64,000 bases of DNA from Tubiluchus corallicola (Eukaryota > Animalia > Priapulida). The position numbers and the translations under genes are program-made. Each line of letters starts with the position of its first letter. The first letter of the stretch is position 1. Location: positions 642,835 through 706,834 of the forward strand of contig JAQGDQ010000078.1 in the NCBI GenBank assembly GCA_030141605.1, in the 5' to 3' direction. This document shows positions 26,715-40,445 of the stretch, piece by piece. The notes under the pieces were generated by a model. The model was not told the DNA's origin and ran no database searches. It saw only the letters and a list, made by a program, of their open reading frames with translations.

Positions 26715-26990
26715 CTCTTTTCTCTTAAATACATTCTACACTTGGTGCGTATACGACATCGTTAGGTAAACTATTCCATGCATCTACAATTCTTAGTCAA
26801 AACCCATTTGGTTCTATACACTTATTAGATCTGAACTTGTATAATTTTAGTGAATCACCTTTGGTGATCGACCTGGCCACCTGCGATCTCAGTTGCAAGT
26901 GTGAGCTTACAACTTTTTCTTATATATGTTCGTCAAGATCTGATAAGCCTCTATCATATAGCCTCTCAGCTTCTTGTACGGTAAAGTATG
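26715..26990 (-). mobile_element. Decayed CR1-type LINE 3' ORF2 fragment
   Basis: Minus strand reads LRGYMIEAYQIL...TKGDSLKLYKFRS...RIVDAWNSLPNDVVYAPSV, a classic CR1 C-terminal motif. Confidence 0.85.
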
Positions 26991-27209
26991 ACTAGCAATA
27001 TCACGGTTGACCTAGTCGTACTCGTCACTTTTAAATTTGTGTCAACTTTTGGTGACAAAAGAAACGCAATACTTATTTTATTTTGTTACTTTTCAAAGTA
27101 GAAAATTTTAACGACGATAATTACTTAACAAGAACTGTCACGAACTCACACAAGATCCCACTGATGCAATAAACAATTAAAATGATGATCTTTTCTACTT
27201 TTATTCCAG

Positions 27210-27265
27210 TTACAGCTGTTTGATGCCAACAAAGATGGACGCCTGCAACTAAGCGAAATGGCAAA
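27210..27265 (+). CDS. Cbp53E: Calbindin-like exon 7
   Basis: ttattccag acceptor; LQLFDANKDGRLQLSEMA(K); donor AA|gtaagt; EF4. Confidence 0.96.
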
Positions 27266-30200
27266 GTAAGTCATGATGCATTTGAAAATAATTGATTTGT
27301 AACCTTCTAAGCTTGGCAATTTATATTTTGCGACAAACGTCCACTCGAAAACCACAAAACAAGTACAGTGGCACGTGCCGTAGTTGTTCTGTTTTTCATT
27401 TTTTCAGTGTTTCATTTTGAAAATCTCCCGTTGTACTGTGAAATATTTATTAATGGTGTCGGACGTTGCCAATCTGCCATCAGTTTCGAAGATTATTAAT
27501 TAATTGTGACTGTGATTCACAGAATTTTTATAAACCATTGCGGTTTATTTTACCAATTATTACCTATCGAAAGTAATGAGTTGGAGAAGAGGACACTCAA
27601 AAATTTTGAACACCAGACCTGGGATTAGTATTCCATGCTCTACCAAATACCAGCGCTACCAGCCTAGCATAACAACGCAGGCCTAAGATTTCCTCATTAT
27701 AGCTCACAATCCAACAGCACCACCTCGCAGATTGACCAAACGTCCAAATAACATCAATATTTTGAATTAAATTTATTGAATTCCCTAGATCAACAGGGAT
27801 AAAGCATATAATACATCACACGCAATGAATACTGTAACGAAAATTTAGTCCAAGTTAAAACATCAGCCTGAACATTCACATAGATAGATAAAAATTCAGG
27901 CTCATAATGAACAGATCGATTGCATATAGAATCATGTTAGATTGTTAAAAATAAAATTGATGTTAGATATAGCAGTCAATTAAAAAGGCGATTACATTTT
28001 TAGAATTAAAAATATTTCATAAAATATTAAAGCTAATTTAGTATACTGATTTCTGGTAGCATCTGACGTGTAACAAATACGTAGCAGACGATGCTTAGAC
28101 TATACGCATTGTGGATTTGCATCAGATTCACAGGTTCTTAGTTCAACACGTAGAAGTTTTGTGACAAGCACTCAAGCAGTTAAGTAACATAGCTATCCTT
28201 TTCGGGCTCCTGTAAAATAACTTAGCGGGTGTCTATAATTACAAAGGTAAAAATATTGCAGGTTAAATGCATTGAAAAAATTTAAAATCAGTTTAAAACT
28301 GCCTCAAATAGCCTTTATTTTTTCGTGATTTCATGCTGTCAAAAATGTCTGGTAATCGTAATTAAGTGTTACTGTACTTTTTCACCCTAGGCCTAGACGG
28401 CTCTTCCTCCGACTGCAACTGCTGGCTCTGCGCTTGCGCAGTAATGCCACTTAACTTTTTGAATTACAATTGACTGTGTACATGCTGAAATCAATACAAA
28501 CCCGTGTGTTTATGCGACCCGTTATAGGTAAACCATCACTAATGCTTAATCCTATTATTTAAAGTAATCCTACTAACGTTTTTTATAGTACATTACTCAG
28601 GGCGTGCCATATACGGCGAAGATGCTGGCTCATTTATGATAACTCAAATTAAATGGGTTGCGCTAACACCAGCTCAGAAACGCTTCTTTTCAATTATGTT
28701 AAAAGGGATAAAGTGGAAAGAGGACTCGGTGAGTGATCAATGTTAAACCACTTGAGTCGACCCTGGATGCCAATAACGCCTGCCCATACGATTTAATTGT
28801 TAATGTGATAATGTCCAAGCAAACTTTGCACTCAACTCGCTTGGCAATGTAGATAGAATACACTTTAGGTTTTGCTTGTAGAAGCTTCGCTAAGTTGCAA
28901 CTGCTTTACAATCCTGGCGATACTGGCTGCGTGTGAGACGATAAAATATTTATAAGATGCTTGACATAATCATGTGTAGTCAGACTTTTGAAATAATATC
29001 AGTTATCACTTGCCAGCAGAAGCTGCAGGTGTGCCAGGTCTCAACACAGGTGCTGCTGACAATTCTAATAACCGACAGAAAAACTAGATTCATCTGAAGA
29101 AACTCATGAGTAAAACATATGAAATGTTTTGTACCACACTAAACACATGGTGACAAAAGACAGCCAGGGTCATCAGCAGTTACCATATTTCATTATGTTC
29201 CAGGCTTAACTCCCACTAATCAACATTATGTGACCTCCCACGAATTTTTGTTAAGGTTACTTGTACGTATAAACAACATGTTATAATAAAAAATGGCTGA
29301 ACAAATAAGATAAACTAAAAAATAACTAGTAGCTAAGCATAATAAAACAAAAAGATGTATTATTTTCATTACGTAGCCTCTTTGCATTTGTCTAAAATAA
29401 TTTTTCAAAAGTAAAGTGCTAGCACTTTCACTCCATATGCTTATAATCAACAGTCTGAACTATTGATCACTGTCACAATCCATTTTCCTGCTTTGTCATT
29501 TGTGTTTTTCTCGATAGGCAAGTTGCGTATCAAAATACTTGAACTGAACTCAACAATAACAAAATAGAAATTTTGTAGAAAGCATGTGACAACGCAATAT
29601 GTTGCTTAAGTTTTTAACTGTTGTTTTTGAGTATTTTTACCACTCATGGCTGAAAAGTCCTCTGAAAAGATACTGCTATTTGAGAGAATGACCACTGGCC
29701 GGATAGTTGGCGCGTAGGTACAGGGATTGATTCTAAGGAGGTTGGAGAAAAAATCTGATAAGGAAAATTTCGAATAAAAGTCCTTGGCACCAAGTATGAA
29801 AACGAAAAAAGAAAACTCAGTTAAATAAACAGATCAACAGAAACAACTGATAACCGAATTTGGTCTGTTTGTGCCACCTTCTTACAAAATATTTACATAT
29901 AAATATAATATCTGCCAACTGATTTTCCAAAACTGTACTAGAATAAGAAAGATGCAGGATTGTTGTTTCTTATCTTTATCATTTATTTAGATTAGAAGTA
30001 GAAAGTGAAATTTAAAATAAGCATAAACAAAAAGGAATAGAAAGGTAAAATATTTACGCCACTGAAAGTTTCCTGAATTTTAAAAAGCTACCGGCGTTTA
30101 GAGAAATCGACAATGGTCTTAAATGAGCGTTTATATAAAACGTGTTGGTATCTACGTATAATTATAACGATTTTTAAATTGTGTTCTTATAGTGTGCGTG

Positions 30201-31468
30201 AAAGCATATCATCTTTTTAGGACGTCATTTTAAACAACAAAGCATCCAAAAACATTCTTTCCTTACTGACGCTCCATTTCATCTTTCATTCACTACTCCC
30301 CCCCATTTTTTTTAAGATTTCCACATACAGTTTGGCCTGTCAAGCTATGCTTTTAGGCTCAAACTGTATGCATCAAAATTATTCTGTAATGAAATTTGCA
30401 CATGTATATCCCGCACTCTGTAATTTCTCGATAATACTGCATTTATTCATATTTATATTTATATTTACTTAAATGGAAAATTTTCTGTATTTTAATGCTA
30501 CTTGTAAGATGCAATGTGGAAAAAAATGAATAAACTCTTGACGTCCAACAGATCTCACGTGTAACCAGGCGCTAATTTGCATCCCAAGCGGTTTAATAAA
30601 CACTAAATGCCGAATAACTGAATCTGTAGAAGCACAACTCAACGAGAGCTAATCAACTTCCGTCGGTGCTTCTAGTACTTCCTAATTGTTTGAACTATGG
30701 CTTCGTACAAAAGTGACGTAGTGGCAGTGCTTAACATGTTATTCATAACATTTCTTCAAAACGGCAATGCCGTTGGAAAGTAATAGAGCAGCCTAAAAAA
30801 TTCCAAGCGCTAATATGCGTGTTGATTGGCCACACACTAAAGAAACCACTAATGAAACCCAAGCATACTTGCAATGCTGATGTTAAAAAGTGCAATGTAT
30901 TACACATTAGATCGCTTACTTTTTGTTAGCCGTTTAATTTGTTAATTAAATGCAAGTTCGCTACAGTTTTGAAGGGCACTTTCAGCTCTGGTCAGTGTTT
31001 CTTTTTAGTGCGTTTATTGTGAGGAATTTAGTTGTTTTGAGTATCCCACAGAGAAACCCCAGCACTGTCCAGGGTGAACTTTTAGATTATACCCAGTTTC
31101 TGTTCCTGTACTGCAGACCGGGCTTCCGGTTTCCGGACTTCAGTACACTTCAAACGGGAAACAAGGATTCAACGACAGGGTGTGCTAAACGAGATGATTG
31201 TGGCGTGACTGAAGTGTGACTCAATATGAAGGAAACCCATGTAAGATGAGCTACTGAACCAGTAGCCGTTTCCCACCCACGTTTGTTTGTATAAACATCT
31301 TCCCTCTACGAAGCAAACAGCCGAGTTTTCTTAATGATACAGGCCGAACGAGTATCTAGGTGGCTACATGTCACGTCACCCACTCACATGAAAGTGCATC
31401 CACTCTTGATTCACCCAGATACATTTAATAATGAGCGGCTTACTAAACAAAGAATTTTTTTATTGCAG

Positions 31469-31514
31469 GTTGTTACCGGTTAAAGAAAATTTCCTGTGCA
31501 AGCAAGTCTTCAAG
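31469..31514 (+). CDS. Cbp53E: Calbindin-like exon 8
   Basis: tttattgcag acceptor; LLPVKENFLCKQVFK; donor AAG|gtaact; family motif LLPVxENFL. Confidence 0.96.
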
Positions 31515-32736
31515 GTAACTTCTAAAAGTTTAAAATTTCATTACGCAGTAATATTATATATGTATAGCTCAATGCTTACGTGATAGGCATGTTTTAATAC
31601 GAATGTATCTGATAAACCAAGCACTATTTTATTTAAGCTAGAGAAAATCTACTATTATTTTTATAGCAGAAATTCGTCAAGGTTTTTAATGCTGGTGAAG
31701 TAGCTAGATTTTTTAAGCTCTTATCATACACCACCCTAGCGTCTTCAACGATTCTCGTGCAGCATCAGTAACGCAATGCGTTCGTCTATAAGTGTACGTT
31801 TCAAGTAATTTTGTCACGTCCCATTATGTTATCAATAATTCAACATAAGATCTTTAATTCAAACGAACGATGACGCTGTCTTATGAAAGTTGAATGTATT
31901 TGGATAAAAGGCTAAAAACGTGTTACAGAAGCCTGAGAAGATGTTACTGGTAATTTAATTTTCGTTCAACAGAAGTGTTTCAGAAAAATACATACTACAA
32001 ATTATAATATAAGTCAATCGACGTTAACGTGGAGGACTATAAATGATGACCTACATTTTGACTACTAACTGTGTAATATTAAATTTTTACTTTATTAAAA
32101 TTTTGACTCAACTGCACTGAATAGCATTTTTGTATTGTGAATTCTGAATGAACGGCGTCATCTTTTATAAATAGGCCTGCACTCTCTGTATAATTTATTT
32201 ATATCATGGCCATTTTATTTTACTGCGGGAGTTGACCGAGGTTTATATTACAAACAGCTTGAGTAGTGAAAGTGTGATTTAAATTGATTTTGGGGTACTT
32301 TAATTAGGGTGCCCTTACGTAGCACACGAATTTGAATATGTAAGAAGGACTAATAAGTGCTCTCCATGGCTAAATTTATTATTTAAATGATATAAATAAA
32401 TAGAGCTATTGATCTTTATTCAGTAAGGAGTAAAGATCCTTCAGTATGAAAAATCAAAGTTTGCTTCATTTGCTCAAAATACGCTCTAATTAAAATGGGT
32501 TGTTCTTTTAGGGGTATTCTCTAAAAAGGTTCCAAGTTACAAACTTAAGAGTGACTAATAAGTGATTTCCAATAGACTATCAATTCCAATAGAATACATC
32601 CAGCATTCAAAGTCAGTGTTTGTACGCGAGGTCATATAAACCTCTGTCAGCTCCCAAACTGTTTGGGCGATGAGACCTAAAGGAATATAACCAGACTTTT
32701 AGTGAATATTATCAATTTTAATTTTGTTCTTTCTAG

Positions 32737-32793
32737 CGCCCAACTAACCTAGGAAAAGCGGAAATTGAACGTGTTTTCAGCCTTTACGACAGA
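32737..32793 (+). CDS. Cbp53E: Calbindin-like exon 9
   Basis: tctttctag acceptor; RPTNLGKAEIERVFSLYDR; donor AGA|gtaagt. Confidence 0.94.
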
Positions 32794-33624
32794 GTAAGTA
32801 AACGACAATATATTCTTTTGCTTTATTGTTTTCGTGTTTTCAATGGCCTTTTTGAGCCAAAATTAACTCAGTCGACCTTTTTCAATCGTTAGACGTTAGA
32901 CGCAACATTTTCCCAAATTTACAAAACAATTTAGCAGAGAAAAAATGACACATTTTTCTGAATGACAGTGTGAACTATCTGAGTACCAAGATTATTTAGG
33001 CAAATCTCTCTTTTCAAATTTTTGTGATCCGCGTTAACTTTATTTTAAGCTCCGTCGCACGATTCTCTGAGTTGTTCGTATGTTTCCGAAGATGCCAGCA
33101 AACTAACAGCCAGCAAGCAACAGAGGCGTCCTCTGTAAATCCATGGTCATGTAAACTAAATAATGTGTCTCTTTGAGTGTCGTCATGAATGTCCTCTAAA
33201 TTTCCTTTTCCACTTTACCACGACTCATTGTTGTCTTGATAAGAATAGTTACTCAGCATTTTAAAATTTGGAGACGTTCATGTGTATTCATGGGCAGCAG
33301 TACACCAAGATGAAGTATGTTAAAGTTGTGTTCATAGTAAAGGCGATGTCAAAATCATTTGGTGTCACACAGCTAAAAGCAATTTAGATTTTTAATTTGA
33401 TTCGATCAGCCACTTATGGTAATTGCTCAGGGGTATTTGTATTCCACGACGGCATGGTATAAAAATATAATTACGGAGAAAACCATAATAGCCCTGCCTG
33501 TATTGAATCGATAAACGGTTTGGTATCTTCCAAAATCATGCGAAATATTCAAGCTTGAAAGACAATGATAGTAGGAAAAACCTGCAACTCAGTAAATAGA
33601 ATAGAATACTAAAAATAGAATACA

Positions 33625-34140
33625 CCTGAAAACGTTTCTGAAGAGGTGTGCACTGGAAAACATAAACCTAGGTGAAGATGGCATTAACTCAAAGACGTAT
33701 CTGAAGACGTGTGAACCTGTGAAGCACTGGAAAAAATTAATCCAGGTGGAGATGAAATTAACTCAAACACGTATCTGAAGACGTGTGAACCTGTCAAGTA
33801 ATAGAAAACATAAGCCCAGGTGAACATGAAGTTAACTCAAACACGTAAGTGAAGACTTGTGAACGCAGTGAAGCAATGGAAACTGTAAAATTGCATAAAA
33901 TTGGAATTAAGTTAGGCGTATCTGAAGACGCGTGTGAACCTTGGCAAGCAGTGAAAAACAGCAAACCTGCACCAAACTGAAATTAGCCTTAAAACGTATT
34001 TGAAGATGTGTGAACTTGGTGAAGCAGTGGAAAATGTAAACCTATATGAAGGTGAAATTAACCTAAAAATGTATCTGAAGACGTGTGAACCTGTGAAGCA
34101 ATGGAAAACGTAAAGCTGTACGAAAATGAAATTACCTAAA
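33625..34140 (+). repeat. Degenerate ~74-bp minisatellite, about 7 units
   Basis: Core cgtatctgaagacgtgtgaacctgtgaagca recurs, anchored near 33701, 33775, 33849, 33922, 34000 and 34075. Confidence 0.88.
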
Positions 34141-34759
34141 AATAGTTGGTAGTAACTTTATAATTGAGTCGGACCATGCAGGAATTACCGAAAGCTGTCG
34201 TTGACGAGGGATCAGTCAAATTTCTGCACCAAAAATGACCTGATTAACTACGAAAACAAAATCGTTCATGTAGTAATTAGTTAATAATGTTTTACGTGCG
34301 ATATGAAACCATTTTAAAAGCTAACAAATTGTCAGCGAAAACTTAATATGCGGTCGTAACGATGACTGAAGAGAACTATTAGTGAATCGTTCGGTACAGC
34401 CAAGCGAGCAGAATGTAATTTTGATGTTTGCTCTCGAGTGCAGCTGAAGTAATTACGTATTCAGCCTTTCCTCGTTTATACAGCACTATATAAAAGCGAT
34501 AGGCCGGAAACCAAGAGCACACAGCTTCGGAAACCCATCAGGGAGATTTGACAATTAACCGCGCACACTGTGTTATTGGGCTCAGTAATGCATGTGATGT
34601 CCAATCATCAAGGCAAGGCTATTTGTAAGGCGGAATGGACTGTGCGCAACGTAGCAGATAGTTTGATGAATTGTTGGTTACTAGTTAGAAATTCCGAGGA
34701 AACCAGCAGGCTTAATGCGTGGAAAATAGCAAAACGGCGGACTTCGTTTTGCACATTGC

Positions 34760-34762
<3 letters not shown>

Positions 34763-34855
<93 letters not shown>
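34763..34855 (+). repeat. (CT)n microsatellite
   Basis: Direct observation. Confidence 0.98.
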
Positions 34856-34857
<2 letters not shown>

Positions 34858-35913
34858 CATAGCGCTTCTATTATGGTTTGATAGGGTGACTGATGTCGGA
34901 ATTTTTGGCCTGAAAATAGAGGCCTTATAGATATATTTATATTTATGTGCATTTGTACTTCGTACTTATATGTATTCATTTGTATGCATGTATATATTTG
35001 TGTATATAAGTATATACACCTTGGTAGTAAACAAAATCTAAATAAAATATTTATCATCATCATGATATCATCATCATCATCATCATCATCTCTCCTCTCT
35101 CTTCTTATTTCTCATTGCGGGCAGCCAGCAGAAAATCTTAAAATTGAGGCTAATTTTCTTCAAGTAAAAACCGGTTTAGTAAAGATGCGTGTGTCAATAT
35201 CACAGTGTTATCCTGTCACAGCAGAGTGACCTGCCGTAGAATGAATTTTCCCATCATCGAAACACTATGTGTCGAAAAATTGATCAGATCTCAGATTGAA
35301 GATGGTGGTGACCTAAACTTAAAACCTCCTCCATGTCCGTCCAATGAATTCAGTATTGTTCATGCAAGATTTCATTAAAATCCATGCAGCTGTTTGGCTG
35401 TCCACGACAAGTTATAGACATTTTCTGTTTCGACAAACTTGATAATTTCGCTTAATAATACAGATATTACAAGACAGATATAAGAGATGGAAGATGCCTC
35501 TAATTGTTATTTACCCGCGATATAGTCAATACAGCCTAAGTAAAATTAAAAACTACGACCAGCTGTCAAGTTTCTAGGAGAAATGTATAAATTACTTCGT
35601 TCAGCAGTCGGAGGGAAGCCAAAATGACTTCCTGTTTTTCCCCTGCAGCCCCTGTTTGTTACATGGGTTAATCAAGTGTCGTGTAGCGAGAGCACAATGC
35701 CCCGGGGATGTTAATTACAGTCAACAAGCACATTAAACTATAGGGTAAAAACAAATAGACTTAGCTGTGATGAATTTAGATGAGGCTTCGGCAACTGGTA
35801 CAGTAGCTCCGCTTCGGTAGTTATCTGACTACACAAGCTAATCATTACTGCAAGGAATAATTTCATAAAACTTTCGTGAAACGCCAGAAATTAAAGCGAC
35901 AATTTCATTTCAG

Positions 35914-35985
35914 GATAATAATGGCGTAATTGAAGAAGACGAACTCCAAGGTTTCCTTAAAGACCTTCTGGAGTTGGCAAAAGAG
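35914..35985 (+). CDS. Cbp53E: Calbindin-like exon 10
   Basis: catttcag acceptor; DNNGVIEEDELQGFLKDLLELAKE; donor GAG|gttagt; EF5 loop DRDNNGVIEEDE. Confidence 0.96.
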
Positions 35986-37990
35986 GTTAGTCATATGTTT
36001 GTTAATCATAAACTATGGTTATGTGAATAAGAAACTGAATGCCATCTTCTTTGTCAGGATTTCTTTATTACTTATTTTAGGAACTTCTGTGGTTAGCAGA
36101 AAAAGTGTTCATTTTACTGTAAACAATTTAGCTGACGAAGCCAGGCAGCCCGAAAGCTTCTGAAATGAATAAAAATATTTTTGCGACTAAGAGGCATTAA
36201 CTTTTTATTCATGTGCATGTAGTAAAGACGCCAAGTTTTAAGAGAACATTCATTTATGACGGACCTCTTGTTTTGAATTTAAAATAAGAAGTAGATATGT
36301 TAAGTAGGTGTGTCAACTATTAAGACGTAATAATTAGATCGATGGATGGATTTTGTTGCATCTTCGGGGTAAGAAATATCTGACTGGTCATGGTTTGTGC
36401 TTTGCGACAAAAATTAAGCAATGCTAAGGCTGGTCTGTGAATGACGCGTGGTAGTTTCGTTCACCATATTGATGCTGATTGTTTAATTCGCTAATGGACA
36501 CTTTAGTTTAGTGTGTGATCTTAGAGTATTAGAGCAACAAGCAATATTTCGCTCCCTTCACAACTATTAAGTATGCCCTGCCATTAAGTGCTTAGTTTAG
36601 CCTTGCTGAACTGAATAAAAAAAACACAAATTGCGGACTATTTGGCCAAAAAGTAAAATTCAGAAATCTTCATAGAAATACAGATTTAATTCTCGCATGT
36701 ATACTTTTGTGCACATTACTGAAATTCCTTGGCCCAAAATCGACACTCTTTTGAAAGGATTTTCAATAAATGTCTAGGTCTCCTAGGAATGCATCGTGCG
36801 TGTGTTGAGTGGTAAATTATTAACCCTTTACGACTGAGGACTGAAATCCCAAGCTAATGAAACGATAAATGGCCAATTAGTTTACAACTCAATACAGTAG
36901 AAGCCAGGAAATGTAGAACCGTTTATGTGGTTATTTCACTTCAACAACTAATATTGGACACAATTTTACAATTCGTTAGTCAATTCATTACCCCATTTGT
37001 CTGAAGGGCTATTTCTGTTAATGGTACCAGTGATGTGTTGAAACTGCCAAGGAATATTACGCCTTGTTTACTGAAGATTTGTCAGTTTTGTCGATTCTTG
37101 AACAGCAGACTGGTGTTCCAGGCTTGCTTTTCCTGGCTCAGTACAAATTGGCACAAAATGGGAAAATATGTCATAAAATTGGGAATGAACGGTCATGTCG
37201 ATCAGTATAGAAAATTCATAAAAAGAACACGTTTTGAACAATTCCTGAATCCACTTAGTGGATAAATTTAAACTAATATAGCTGAAAAAGCTAAAAATCT
37301 TAAAAATATTAAAATGAATCTGAAACAATTTGAAACAAATTAAATCCTTTAATGTTTATGGCGAAAAGAGGTGGCCAAAAGAGTGTTCACAAATGATTTT
37401 CTCTGTTACAAAACTAGATAATTCCTTTAACAATGTGCGCAATTACATGCAAACTAATACGCCTAACCAAAATTAGGTCATCAGCAAGTCAGTTGGTCGG
37501 CTAATAAATCATTTTAATGACAATTATTATGTAGGCTAGTAGGAATACCGCTACAATCCCAATTTGTGGGAATTAATAGAAACACAAATAAATATTTTTG
37601 CAGTATCAGTGCTTACCGAGAGTGGGGTAGTAGCTGGGCGAGGGGCATTTTCTGGAAGCCATACTCAACAGGGATTGTTAACTTTATATATTTATGTTCA
37701 AATAAAACGTTATCTAGTTCCACTGCTTTCTATCGAGCCAGAGTAACTAACCAAAGTGATTATGAAATTTAATAGCACATTGCGTCATTTTGTTTGGCCA
37801 ATTACGGCCTATTGGTACGAGAATGTACCTCTACCCAATTTAAACATTACCAAAAATATGATAACACATCGCTTTTACTAGCTTAAGACTTTCAAGTTTA
37901 TATGATAAATGGTCTTCATTACATATTCATGCGATTAAATTCTCAAAAGTCGATCCATGTGCAAAACAGAAACTTGTTTCGACTCAAAGT

Positions 37991-38600
37991 AACATTAGCC
38001 TTAACAACCATGTCGTTACTGACCTGTTTTGTGCATCTAATGCCATCTTACAATATATGGCTAACAACGTAAAATGTTATTCTCATGAGTTAGTTGCCGT
38101 GGTTACTGCTTATCTTAGCAACGACCTTGATAACAAGGTTAGATTTAAAATTAGTGTGGAAACCTCAATTTTCACCTCATTTATACGAACTGGTAACAAA
38201 TCTTAACACACAGAGCAGCGTTTCGATAGGACATATTAATGTTTCTATCAATGTTTAGGTAAATAAAGCATGCAAAAACGTTTACTGCTTTCTACTACAA
38301 TTATCATTGCCCAGTTACTAAGGTAAACAATTTTTGCATCGTTACTATAGCAACTGCTACCTTTCTTATGTGTTAAGATTTGTTGTCACGTCTTATAATG
38401 GTAAAAATCGATGTTTCCCAAATCATATTTCAATCTAACCTTGTTATCAATGTCAGCTTGCTAAAATAGACCGTAACCATGGCAATTAATTTGTGAGAAT
38501 AACATTAATTATATTATTAGCTATAACATAATAGTCTAGGCTAGACGACATTAGATGCTCATAAACAGGTTAGTAACGACATGGTTGCTAAGGCTAATGC
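37991..38600. mobile_element. Fold-back (long imperfect inverted repeat) element
   Basis: Arms ~37991-38215 and ~38365-38600 are reverse complements, e.g. cattagccttaacaaccatgtcgttact / agtaacgacatggttgctaaggctaatg and ttgataacaaggttagatt / aatctaaccttgttatcaa. Confidence 0.88.
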
Positions 38601-38802
38601 TGTGTGGGATGGTCCTAAAATTTAACCAGCCCTAAAAAAATTTCCCCCAAGGCCAATTCACGGGGGGAATTTTTCTATAATACTACATAACATACTGATT
38701 TATAAAATCAAAAACAACATTAGTATTGCAATTAATTCTTTATAAAATCTGTTTAGCTGAAATTTCAATTCTGGCACTGCAGTACTGATTATTTTGATAT
38801 AG

Positions 38803-38955
38803 GATTATGACAACAACGATCTTGCACAGTTTAAAGAAGTCATTATGCAAGCTGACATGAACCACGACGGTAAGATAAGCAAGAATGAATTAACCATGGT
38901 GCTGCTCGCTTTGGCAAAACATGGAAGTGACGAGGCAATAAAACCTTCACGATAG
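38803..38955 (+). CDS. Cbp53E: Calbindin-like exon 11 (terminal)
   Basis: ttgatatag acceptor; DYDNNDLAQFKEVIMQADMNHDGKISKNELTMVLLALAKHGSDEAIKPSR then TAG; EF6. Joined CDS is 906 nt = 301 aa with no internal stops. Confidence 0.95.
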   Translation, partial: DYDNNDLAQFKEVIMQADMNHDGKISKNELTMVLLALAKHGSDEAIKPSR

Positions 38956-40265
38956 ACGCTTTTACAGTCGCTGTGGTCTGGCTTCGTTCTGTGCCATTGC
39001 TTGTGGCTTCGTGCTGTGGCGTTGCTTATCTAATTTTATCATATTTTCCTAGTCGACACTTGTCTTTATTTCTGGAGTCGTGATATTGAATCTTTTCAGA
39101 GTAGTCAAAAACTAGTCAAGAGTTCTGCCTTAATAAAGGCTGGGAAAATCCTATTACGATGTTTTACTTTTTCGCACTCGTGTTCGATGGGGCGAGAATA
39201 TTCTTTTGGCATATTCGGTGTAGAGTGACTTCTGTAGCTTATCCTATTTCTATTCCTGCTATTTCTAAATAGACCCAAGTTTGATATTTCAGAGATATGC
39301 GTGAAATGTATTAATTTTCCATTTATGTTTCGCATAAAACTTGCTTAACTTTCAATTGAAGAACGCAGAAAAAACATATGTAGCCTGGTATACGTGGTAT
39401 TAAGTATTGTAGCAATGTAGTAGCTGTTAAACTTGCCTTCCAGTATGGTGTAGTTATTTTGACAAAAACCCAGCGAAAAATGCGATGTACTTTTACTAAA
39501 ATCAGGGTATATTATATGAAATTTCCGCCTTTATGTAACTCACTGGGTCCTTGTTTTAGCTCTGTGAACGATTCTGGTTTATTACAATATATTACTAAGC
39601 AACCTGCTGATACGATCATAGTGGCGTGCCTTGATATTAGTGTTACCACATTTTTTTTAGTATTTACAAAAGTTGAATAAAAAATTCTCTCATTATAGAG
39701 GAACGAATAATCTTCAACTCTATTTCACCTAACTTGTAAAGTTTTTTTTATGTAATACACTTTCATAATAATAATCTCATTTAACTTTAGATTTTGTGTG
39801 GTGAATTTCTTTATTATCAAACTATGTAGGCTTATCTGTTCGAATGTGATGACTTTATCTTGTATTTCCACTCTCTATGTGATATTTGTTTGCAAATATT
39901 AAGAAATAATATTAAATATTCATTTTATTTATGTTTGTCTTGTGAAATATTTAAAGATTTTAAAACTGTTATAATAGATGTTATTATAAATATTTTAAGT
40001 ATCACTGGTGTAAGTGGTAGCAGAAAGAGAACATAGCAGAATTTTCTGATAAATGTGAAATGTTCAAAATGATAAAAATGTTGGTTTTACTGTCTTAACA
40101 TTCTGATTAATTCTGGCAAACTTTATAAGAGCAAATCATGTTCAAGTTAGCAAAGCAAGATCAAGTTATTAAATTATTACAAATACTATGATATGCATTC
40201 CAATTTATACTGAACCTTCATTCTTGTATATAATTACTCTAGTACTCACGATTTTTAAAATTACG

Positions 40266-40271
40266 AATAAA
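40266..40271 (+). terminator. Candidate polyadenylation signal of the calbindin gene (a more proximal one lies at 39676)
   Basis: AATAAA followed ~20 nt later by a T/GT-rich tract (tattattttttgttgtcttt). Confidence 0.5.
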
Positions 40272-40439
40272 GTTTTTGCAAATCTGTCAATATTATTTTT
40301 TGTTGTCTTTACTAGATATTATTTATATAGTGTTACGTATTACTTAATTTCAAGATGACCTCTGCTTTTTACACAAACACACTACGCTGAACAAAGTAAA
40401 ATAAAAAAAGTGCAAGAAAAATATAAGTAACTAATAGAG

Positions 40440-40445
40440 TTTATT
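40440..40445 (-). terminator. Candidate polyadenylation signal of NDUFV2
   Basis: tttatt on + (AATAAA on -), 220 nt after the stop, with a T-rich tract downstream on the - strand. Confidence 0.5.
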
